DNA of 64,000 nucleotides, from the NCBI RefSeq assembly GCF_021869535.1, contig NW_026262581.1, positions 15,934,001-15,998,000 on the forward strand. The letters are read 5' to 3'. A program made the translations under genes and the position numbers. Below are positions 54,124 to 64,000 of the stretch, piece after piece (position 1 is the stretch's first letter; each line of letters begins with the position of its first letter). A model generated the notes under the pieces. That model saw only the letters and a list, made by a program, of their open reading frames with translations. It was not told the DNA's origin and did not search any database. The stretch comes from Mytilus californianus. Lineage: Eukaryota.

Positions 54124-54381
54124 TAGATATAAGAAGATGTGGAATGAGTGCCAATGAGACAACTCTCCATCCAAGTCACAATTTGTAAAAGTAAACCATT
54201 ATAGGCCAAAGTACGGCCTTCAACACGGAACCTTGGCTAACACCGAACAGCAAGCTATAAAGGGTCCCAAAAATGACTAGTGTAAAACCATTCAAACAGG
54301 AAAACCAACGGTCTAATCTATATAAAAAACGAGAAATGAGAAACGAGAAACACTTATGAACCACATCAACAGACGACAACC
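54124..54381 (-). mobile_element. ~255-bp Penelope-like 3'-end repeat
   Basis: Near-identical to reverse complement of 26843-27093. Confidence 0.85.
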
Positions 54382-54983
54382 ATATTTAGCATTGCTATGG
54401 CCAATCTTAATCCCGCTTTGGAGGGAAGGTGAAACTACATATTGGCGGTAGGGTTTCTCCGATACAATATGTTACTCTTTCATGTTTCAATGTGCACGAT
54501 AAGGTTTATTTTACTCGGTTGATGCTGTTTTACGGATCAACATGGAAGTATGATAATGCCAGTTTTTTTAAAACTTCCATAGCACGCACAACATGCCAGA
54601 TTTAGATTGGTGTACTTCAAAGATCATCAACTACATTGTAATCTTGTATTGTCGATTTGACTGTAGATACCTCACCTAACAATATACCAAGTTTTACATC
54701 AGTTTTTGTCAAACAATATGATAAGGTATACATCTTAAACATAGGATAACCATTTTAAAGGGTGCATGCATCATGCATTTGAATCAATCCCTGGTTGGGC
54801 TTCTACAGCACACATAGATCGAAAAGCATCAACCCCTTTTGTCATTTCTACTCTAGATGATAATTATAATACACCAATGAATTCATTACTACAATATCAT
54901 AACACTGCAAAAAAAAAATAATAATATATGAAACAATATTAAAGGAATGCATAAATGAACATTTTTTGTTTTTGTTTTTACAG

Positions 54984-55084
54984 ACTGAATTTATTATGTA
55001 AAAGGAACTATTGCCATCAGTACTTACTTCTTGCGACAGGTCTCATGCTGTTTATATACGGACATAAACTTACAGGAACAGAGG
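54984..55084 (+). CDS. Unidentified gene, exon with hydrophobic signal/anchor segment
   Basis: Long T-tract-acag| acceptor, G|gtaaag donor; 101 nt phase 2 to 1; RLNLLCKRNYCHQYLLLATGLMLFIYGHKLTGTE. Confidence 0.65.
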
Positions 55085-55106
55085 GTAAAGTATTTATCGT
55101 TATATA

Positions 55107-55861
55107 TGTAGGACTCTGAACCGCAATGGTACTCCAAACCGCGATGGTCACGCTGAGGTGTGGTGGTTTGACGCTGAAGTGCGATGGTGGCATTGTAACC
55201 ATATCTTGTTGATACCTATGCCGAAGTGTGATGGTAAAAACGCTGAAGTGCAATGGACTACATAAACTACATTTTCATTTCTTTTCATGTCGATGTAGAA
55301 GTCAGTTTGTTTGTATAGAAGCAGTTTTTCGGGTTTTTAAGTTAATAAGCAACGTATACACTTTGAATACTACGGTAAATGGGAAATGATTGGTGGAGAG
55401 TGGAAGGTTAACCTTCTCTTGCGGATTTTTTTTCGAAATCTAAAAAGGTTATTTTTGGCGCACGATGGAGCATGGCATTCTCTAAATACATTCGGGTCAG
55501 CAGACTCTCATTATTATTGTGTATAACATTACGGTAAACAAGGAACTCATGAGAGGAACCAAGTAAAGATAAAATGTAACGCAGAATTATTTTCACAGAA
55601 AATCAAAGAGAACGATCTATTATTTAGTATGAAACTGCAACTAAGGACATAATTAAACAATAATGAATTCAAATTTATATACTAACAATGACAAAATATA
55701 CTTTTCATAATAATTGCACATCTGTAGATTTTAAACTAGCCATCACGTGTCATATAGACCATCGCACATCAGCGAACAGACCATCGCACTTCGACGAAGA
55801 CCAACGCACTTCAGCGTAACCATCGCACTTAAGCGTCGTCATCGCACCTCTGAGTCCTACA
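55107..55861. mobile_element. MITE with TGT...ACA ends (Ginger-like or TA-targeting)
   Basis: TATA|TGTAGGACTC ... GAGTCCTACA|TATA; 4-5 subterminal GCTGAAGTGCGATGGT motifs at each end in inverted orientation. Confidence 0.75.
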
Positions 55862-56457
55862 TATATATAAGTGTACACTCTTTCCATATTGATTTCTTCT
55901 TTTTCAGCTCATGATTCGGGAATCCGTCCACTTTTATTTCCCCTTAATTCTGTTACTTTCTGGTTGTTTAATCGTAGAACCACTGATTTCTATATGTTGA
56001 GATTTTCGTTCCTGAAATTTTTAACCACTAAAGACAATTAAAGAAACTTATGATTTAGATACCACGTTGATGCAAATTCAGATGTTTGTTCAAAAACCGC
56101 CTCATTCTATAAGAGTACCCTTTGAACCGCTTGTCGATATAGGAAAAAAGAAGGAAAAAATCGTTAAAAAACATGTTTTATATACTTGAATGGCTGAGTT
56201 CTACTATTAAAGCGTGTACATAGTACATATGTTGCGCGAAATACAGGTACTGAAATAATAAATAACCTTATATTGGATTGCAATAATTCCATCCTGCGTG
56301 TTTAATGCCACGAACGTGCTCGGCCAAATATACATGTATTCCTACTTGTGTTTATTTCTGATATACGTTACAAAAAAGTTATTTGAAAAATAATTGTCTT
56401 TTAACGGTTTATATTCACTTAGTGTATAAAATACTCGATTGTTTTCTTTTATTACAG

Positions 56458-56535
56458 ATAAAGTTCAGGAAAAGGGGAAACATGGTAGAAGTTTTATAAA
56501 AGCAAAAGTATTGCACGATCAAATGGACAATATCG
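56458..56535 (+). CDS. Unidentified gene, third exon
   Basis: ttttcttttattacag| and G|gtaagg; 78 nt symmetric phase 1, open (DKVQEKGKHGRSFIKAKVLHDQMDNI). Confidence 0.62.
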
Positions 56536-57412
56536 GTAAGGCTTATGTATCCAGGGAAACGATTTAATCTTGAAATTTCTAAATCGTGTTGTATAATACT
56601 GCAATACTATATTTTGGATTTCACGCTTTTAATTCGAATATTTTTAAACTAAGACTTCTGTACCGTTTGCAATTTTCACATAAAAATAAAAGAAAGAAAA
56701 AGTTAATGACAAAGTGAGATAGATAAATACCAAACAAAACAAACAATTATTCATTCTATACGTATATTGACTATAGGGAAAATGAAATGAGAGTGGAAAG
56801 TAGTTAAATAAAGGAGTTCATAACATCAGAAAATATTTTCTAGATGAGTAAAACTAGATATGGGATATACATCATGAGACACCAATCTAACGACACAACC
56901 AAACCAATTTAAGCCATCTAGCTATCAACATATACAATAATATTTATACAATATGTCAAGCTCTTAATCTACCACAGTTTAGTTTGAATTATTGAACAAA
57001 TTAATCTGAGAGTATCACAGCTCTCCATCGTGGTGGATGACAACTATTTTTTTTAGAAATCTACCCTCCATCTTTTAATTTGGATCAATGAAATAAAAAA
57101 ATACATAGAAGAACCAGTAAAAACCAGTTAAAACTATTGTCTTTTTTTTTTAAATATGTCTATGATCTGTACTTGCTGAAATGGAAACATCTACACACAT
57201 ATACCCTAAATAACTTGTTATTCAGCCCTGACAGTAGACATGCTTACCTGTGATGCCTTATGTATTTCGAATGACAAAAACACAAAAAGGGTGCATATTT
57301 TATTTGTATTTAAGGAATGACTGTAATATTTTTTCTGTCTATTCGAAATAACATAAAAAATGTTTTATAAAAAGACCATAAACCCACTTATTCATGGTAT
57401 GGTATCAATATT

Positions 57413-57520
57413 TCTGACCTGACACTACGTACTTTTTATTGCTTAATTCTTTAGAATTTAATATGCAATGTTTCGGGTTCTTTCGGGAATAATCCCAGGT
57501 AAACCCTCATCAGAGGCCGA
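57413..57520 (-). ncRNA. Type I hammerhead ribozyme, copy 1
   Basis: Minus strand: stem I GGCCT/AGGTC, CTGATGA (57507-57513), stem II GGGTT/AACCC with inner GGGA-TTAT-TCCC hairpin, GAAA (57471-57474), stem III ACATTGC/GTAGTGT, GTC cleavage triplet (57421-57423). Confidence 0.85.
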
Positions 57521-57949
57521 CCTTTATATATTTATTTTATATCTAGTATTGTAGATAGATGTGTGTCTGTTTCATAACAGTTTTTTTCAAATTTACTACA
57601 CGTGCATATAGGTCTACGTTGTAGCTAGTCTTTTTACAGACTAAAGAAACTGACCAAGTAGATCAGCACCTTTGGTTAATTATTCATATATATAATGAAA
57701 AGACTTATTGTCTTTATTGTCTTTATTCTCGTAATCTAATCTATCATAAATCTACACGAGATCTAATAGAGATAGTAGTTATCAGTGCTATACTGTTGAA
57801 TTTACACTAGACTGTCGTGTATGTTTTAACACCTATTTGATAATATACAAATGTCTCCATGTTTAACAATTGAAGAGGTTTGTGTAGATACCATGTCGGT
57901 TCTATGCATGAATATAACAGGAACCATTCAGTTTTCTCTTGTACGTGAT

Positions 57950-58410
57950 CTCTTGAAATAAATCGGCATCACGTCTTTTTACATCTGTTTCACAGTATAA
58001 TGATTGTATACTAAAGCCTCCCGTGGTGGGGTATTGTGAATCAATGTCTTCGGCTTAATGATTAATTATCATGTTGCCAATATTCTTATTGTTTTTTAAA
58101 CCAATATCAGGTTTGGATTTAGATAGTTTTTTTATTTATTATTTTGGCAATCGGATCTTTCCGAATTATATACCAAATTTTGTTATTACCGTGTTAAGAT
58201 ATTCAAGATATTTCTGCCACTTGTTTTCTAATATTTGGTTTCTTTCGAAGTTGCTGTCTGCATCTATGCTAACTTAGCCTAACTGTTTTGTTAGGGAGAA
58301 ATCTGCAAGATATTTACACTTTAGACCGTATTTAAACGATTATCTTATAAATACATGTTGCTATTGTTTCTAAGAATTCTCGTACCTTCAGAAGGAATGA
58401 AAACAATGTA
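57950..58410 (-). pseudogene. Decayed Penelope-like RT thumb/linker remnant
   Basis: In PLE order on minus strand, across stops and frameshifts: FIPSEGTRILRNNSN (58402-58357), IWYIIRKDPIAK (58178-58143), KPDIGLKNNKNIGNM (58114-58070), RCKKT*CRFI (about 57986-57958). Confidence 0.5.
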
Positions 58411-58606
58411 CTATTTCAAATAATTGTTCACTTTGTTCACCTTCTTCATTAAATATATTAAATCCATCAATTCTCATTCTTTAGTGGAATTTAATATTAT
58501 TTTCGTAAGATATTTCTCTGTTTTATGTCTATAATTATGGTTAAATATAGCAATATCGGATATTTCCAGGGAGGCAACTCTGCCCATTGAAACGCCAACG
58601 ATCTGT

Positions 58607-61160
58607 TGCTAGTACAACAGTATAACTTTCGTTGTTCATTGACAATCATATTTATTTGTTATTAGTTTCCATGTAACCTTCAACGGCTTGACATAATAAT
58701 TATTATCGATATTAGTTGCTTAACGTCCTGTTGCCAATATTTCATGTATGTTTAGGACTGTGATATAGTGATGACATAAGGTTGTTTACTAGTATAATAG
58801 TATAACTTCCATAGGTCGTTGACAATCATATTAGTTGTAGTTAGTTTCCATGCTACCTTCTAAGGTTTGACATGATACAGCGATAAATTAACGATTTTTG
58901 GTTGCTTAGCATCCAGTGGCAAATATTTCATGTATGTTTAGGACTATGATATAGTGATGACATAAGGTTGTTTGCTAGTATAATAGTACAACTTCCATAG
59001 TTCATTGACAATCATATTAGTTTGTAGTAGGTTTCCATGCTACCTTCTAAGGTTTGGCATGATACAGCGATAGATTAAAGATTGTTGGTTGCTTAGCATC
59101 CAGTGGCAAATATTCCATGTATGTTTAGGACTATGATATAGTGATGACATAAGGTTGTTTGCTAGTATAATAGTAGAACTTCCATAGTTCATTGACAATC
59201 ATATTAGTTTGTAGTTAGATTTCATGATACCTTCTAAGGTTTGACATGATACAGCATCCAGTGGCAAATATTCCATGTATGTTTAGGACTATGATATAGT
59301 GATGACATAAGGTTGCTTGCTAGTATAATAGTATAACTTCCATAGTTCATTGACAATCATATTCGTTTGTAGTTAGTTTCCATGCTACCTTCTAAGGTTT
59401 GACATGATATAGCGATAAATTAACGATAGTTGGTTGCTTAGCATCCAGTGGCAAATATTTCATGTATGTTTAGGACTATGATATAGTGATGACATAAGGT
59501 TGTTTGCTAGTATAATAGTACAACTTCCATAGTTCATTGACAATCATATTAGTTTGTAGTAAGTTTCCATGCTACCTTCTAAGGTTTGGCATGATACAGC
59601 GATAGATTAAAGATTGTTGGTTGCTTAGCATCCAGTGGCAAATATTTCATGTATGTTTAGGACTATGATATAGTGATGACATAAGGTTGTTTGCTAGTAT
59701 AATAGTATAACTTCCATAGTTCATTGACAATCACATTAGTTTGTAGTTAATTTTCATGCTACCTTCTAAGGTTTGACATGAAACAGTGATGAATTGAAGA
59801 TTTGTTGGTTGCTTAGCATCCAGTGGCAAATATTTCATGTATGTTTAGAACTATGATACATATAGTGGTGGAACAAGGATGTTTGCTAGTATAATAGTAT
59901 AACTTCCATAGTTTATTGACAATCATATTAGTTGTAGTTAGTTTCCATGCTACCTTCTAAGGTTTGGCATGATACAGCGATAGATTAAAGATTGTTGGTT
60001 GCTTAGCATCCAGTGGCAAATATTTCATGTATGTTTAGGACTATGATATAGTGATGACATAAGGTTGTTTGCTAGTATAATAGTACAACTTCCATAGTTC
60101 ATTGACAATCATATTAGTTTGTAGTAAGTTTCCATGCTACCTTCTAAGGTTTGGCATGATACAGCGATAGATTAAAGATTGTTGGTTGCTTAGCATCCAG
60201 TGGCAAATATTTCATGTATGTTTAGGACTATGATATAGTGATGACATAAGGTTGTTTGCTAGTATAATAGTATAACTTCCATAGTTCATTGACAATCATA
60301 TTAGTTTGTAGTTAATTTTCATGCTACCTTCTAAGGTTTGACATGAAACAGTGATGAATTGAAGATTTGTAGGTTGCTTAGCATCCAGTGGCAAATATTT
60401 CATGTATGTTTAGAACTATGATACATATAGTGGTGGAACAAGGATGTTTGCTAGTATAATAGTATAACTTCCATAGTTTATTGACAATCATATTAGTTTG
60501 TAGTTAATTTTCATGCTACTTTCTAAGGTTTGACATGAAACAGTGATGAATTGAAGATTTGTTGGTTGCTTAGCATCCAGTGGCAAATATTTCATGTATG
60601 TTTAGGACTATGATATAGTGATGACATAAGGTTGTTTGCTAGTATAATAGTACAACTTCCATAGTTCATTGACAATCATATTAGTTTGTAGTTAGTTTTC
60701 ATGCTAACTTCTAAGGTTTGACATGATACAGCGATGAATTGAAGATTTCTTGGTTGCTTAGCATCCAGTGACAAATATTTCATGTACGTTTATGACTATG
60801 ATATAGTGATGACATAAGGTTGTTTGCAAGTATAATATTATAACTCCCATAGTTCATTGACAATCATACTAGTTTGTAGTTAGTTTCCATGCTACCTTCT
60901 GAGGTTTGACATGATACAGCGATGAATTAAAGATTTGTTGGTTGCTTAGCATCCAGTGGCAAATATTTCATGTATGTTTAGAACTATGATACATATAGTT
61001 GCGAAACAAGGTTGTTTGCTAGTATAATAGTATAACTTCCCTAGTTCATTGACAATCATATCAGTTTGTAATTATTTTCCATTTTACCTTCTTAGGTTTT
61101 ACATAGTGATGAATTATTGATGACATAAGGTTGTTTGCTAGTATAATAGTATAACTTCCA
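58607..61160. repeat. ~187-bp satellite array, about 13.5 monomers
   Basis: TCC(A/T)GT anchor at 58725, 58911, 59098, 59256, 59443, 59630, 59818, 60008, 60195, 60383, 60575, 60763, 60951. Confidence 0.96.
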
Positions 61161-61189
61161 TGTTTCAGTCAAATATGAGTCGGTATCAT

Positions 61190-61193
<4 letters not shown>

Positions 61194-61227
<34 letters not shown>
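61194..61227. repeat. (AT)n microsatellite
   Basis: Read directly. Confidence 0.95.
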
Positions 61228-61230
<3 letters not shown>

Positions 61231-61663
61231 TGTCTTGTATGTTTTATACATACATTTTGTTTCTGTATTATTTTATTTTTATTTTTATTCATTACTTTAT
61301 AATTTCAGGTATATCTTTGTTTCGTATGTAAATAGTGATAGCTATATAGTAGATCTATGTTATTTACATAATTAGTTACATGTATATTGTATAAGATGTA
61401 CAGTGTTATATACATAAAGAAAGATGTACAGTATTATATACATATAGAATTGTATACTATTACATTGTGCATATAGTATAGTGTCGTACGTAGTTTCTCG
61501 ATCAGAAATACGTCGTACCATAGCATTAATAAGGATCAAAAATTCTATAATTAAATAGAACCTGATTCAACGGGTGAGATCACAACTAGTGAAATATTCA
61601 CCGTATCAAATTGTTTTATAAAAAGACCATAAACCCACTTATTCATGGTATGGTATCAATATT

Positions 61664-61771
61664 TCTGACCTGACACTACGTACTTTTTATTGCTTAATTC
61701 TTTAGAATTTAATATGCAATGTTTCGGGTTCTTTCGGGAGTATTCCCAGGTAAACCCTCATCAGAGGCCGA
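61664..61771 (-). ncRNA. Type I hammerhead ribozyme, copy 2
   Basis: Identical to copy 1 except two substitutions in the stem II terminal loop (TTAT to ATAC); CTGATGA at 61758-61764, GTC at 61672-61674. Confidence 0.85.
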
Positions 61772-62829
61772 CCTTTAGCTATTTATTTCGTATCTAGTAT
61801 CATAGATAGATGTGTGTCTGTTTCATAACAGTTTTTTATTTAATTTATTAACTACACGTGCATATAGGTCTACGTTGTAGCTAGTCTTTTTACAGACTAA
61901 AGAAACTGACCAAGTAGATCAGCACCTTTGGTTAATTATTCATATATATAATGGAAAGACTTATTGTCTTTATTCTCGTAATCTAATCTATCATAAATCT
62001 ACACGAGATCTAATAGTTAGTAGTTATCAGTGCTATACTGTTGAATTCACACTAGACTGCCGTGTATGTTTTAACACCTATTTGATAATATACCAATGTC
62101 TCCATGTTTAACAATTGAAGAGGTTTGTGTAGATACCATGTCGGGTCTATGCATGAATATAACAGGAACCATTCTGTTTTCCCTTGTACGTGATCTCTTG
62201 AAATAAATCGGCATCACGTCTTTTTACATCTGTTTCACAGTATAATGATTGTATACTAAAGCCTCCCGTGGTGGGGTATTGTGAATCAATGTCTTTGGCT
62301 TAATGATTAATTGTCATGTTGCCAATATTCTTATTGTTTTTTAAACCAATATCTGGTTTGGATTTAGATAGTTTTTTTTTTTTTTGGCAATCGGATCTTT
62401 CCGAATTATATACCAAATTTTGTTATTACCGTGTTAAGATAATCAAGATATTTCTGCCACTTGTTTTCTAATATTTGGTTTCTTTCGAAGTTGCTGTCTG
62501 CATCTATGCTAACTCAGCCTAACTGTATTTGTTAGGGAGGAATCCGCAAGACATTTACACTTTAGACCGTATAATACATGTTGCTATTGATTCTAAGAAT
62601 TCTCGTACCTTCAGAAGGAATGAAAACAATGTACTATTTCAAATAGTTGTTCACTTTGTTCACCTTCTTCATTAAATATATGAAACCCATCAATTCTCAT
62701 TCTTTAGTGGAATTTAATATTATTTTCGTAGGGTATTTCTCTGTTTTATGTCTATAATTATGGTTAAATATAGCAATATCAGATATTTCCAGGGAGGCAA
62801 CTCTGCCCATTGAAACGCCAACGATCTGT

Positions 62830-64000
62830 TGCTAGTATAATAGTATTACTTTCGTTATTCATTGACAATCATATTTATTTGTTATTAGTTTCCATGTAAC
62901 CTTCAACGGCTTGACATACTAATTATTATCGATATTAGTTGCTTAACGTCCTGTTGCCAATATTTCATGTATGTTTAGGACTGTGATATAGTGATGACAT
63001 AAGGTTGTTTGCTAGTATAATAGTATAACTTCCATAGTTCGTTGACAATCATATTAGTTGTAGTTAGTTTCCATGCTACCTTCTAAGGTTTGACATGATA
63101 CAGCGATAAATTAACGATTTTTGGTTGCTTAGCATTCAGTGGCAAATATTTCATGTATGTTAAGGAATATGATATAGTGATGACATAAGGTTGTTTGCTA
63201 GTATAATAGTATAACTTCCATAGTTCATTGACAATCATATTAATTTGTAGTTAGTTTCCATGCTACCTTGTAAGGTTTGACATGATATAGCGATAGATTA
63301 AAGATTGTTGGTTGCTAAGCATCTAGTGGCAAATATTTCATGTATGTTTAGGACTATGATATAGTGATGACATAAGGTTGTTTGCTAGTATAATAGTACA
63401 ATTTCCATAGTTCATTGACAATCATATTAGTTTGTAGTAAGTTTCCATGCTACCTTCTAAGGTTTGGCATGATACAGCGATAGATTAAAGATTGTTGGTT
63501 GCTTAGCCTCCAGTGGCAAATATTTCATGTATGTTGAGGACTATGATACAGTGATGACATAAGGTTGTTTGCTAGTATAATAGTATAACTTCCATAGTTC
63601 ATTGACAATCATATTAGTTTGTAGTTAGTTTCCATGCTACCTTCTAAGGTTTGACACGATACAGCGATGAATTATTGATTGTGGTTACTTAAAGTCCAGT
63701 GACAAATATTTCATGTATGTTTTAGACGATGATATATATAGTGATAACATAAGGTTGTTTGCTAGTATAATAGTATAACTTCCATAGTTCATTGACAATC
63801 ATATTAGTTTGTAGTTAGTTTTCATGATACCTTCTAAGGTTTGACATGATATAGCATCCAGTGGCAAATATACCATGTATGTTTAGGACTATGATATAGT
63901 GATGACATAAGGTTGCTTGCTAGTATAATAGTATAACTTCCATAGTTCATTGACAATCATATTAGTTTGTAGTTAGTTTTCATGATACCTTCTAAGGTTT
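62830..64000. repeat. ~187-bp satellite array, copy 2 (incomplete)
   Basis: Anchors at 62948, 63134, 63321, 63508, 63694, 63856. Confidence 0.96.

Larger units (their letters stand above)
57361..61611 (-). mobile_element. ~4251-bp tandem unit, copy 1 (hammerhead + decayed PLE ORF end + satellite array + AT-rich spacer)
   Basis: TGTTTTATAAAAAGACCATAAACCC starts at both 57361 and 61612; colinear thereafter with scattered substitutions and small indels. Confidence 0.9.
61612..64000 (-). mobile_element. Tandem unit, copy 2 (runs off the window)
   Basis: Colinear with 57361 onward. Confidence 0.9.

Noticed and set aside
1-64000. tRNA, rRNA, prokaryotic or viral genes; the remaining short ORFs in the track
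   Set aside because: None recognised by eye; the short ORFs are AT-rich, low complexity or lie within repeats. tRNAscan-SE and Infernal were not run

Overview
AT-rich animal genomic DNA; the repeat families point to a bivalve mollusc, probably Mytilus (inference). Three + strand genes were reconstructed by hand from splice sites and exon phase: the 3' half of POC1 (5 exons, 1108-15691), a complete rolling-stone-like membrane protein gene (4 coding exons, 25104-40705, 305 aa), and the 5' end of an unidentified gene with a signal/anchor segment (3 exons, 53861-56535, continuing beyond what can be traced). Introns and spacers are full of mobile DNA: a young 5'-truncated CR1-group LINE, Penelope-like (Naiad-type) retroelements and their 3' ends, Helentron-type HINEs with internal ~150-bp arrays, MITEs, a Meta-core SINE, a Harbinger fragment, several minisatellites and decayed hammerhead-bearing repeats. 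The most striking structure is at 57361-64000: a tandemly repeated ~4.25-kb unit. On the minus strand each copy carries a ~187-bp satellite array partly derived from a SINE tail and a decayed Penelope-like ORF end, then ends in an apparently intact type I hammerhead ribozyme. This resembles a giant retrozyme or non-autonomous Penelope derivative that carries a satellite. All coordinates, alignments and folds were read by eye; none were computed.
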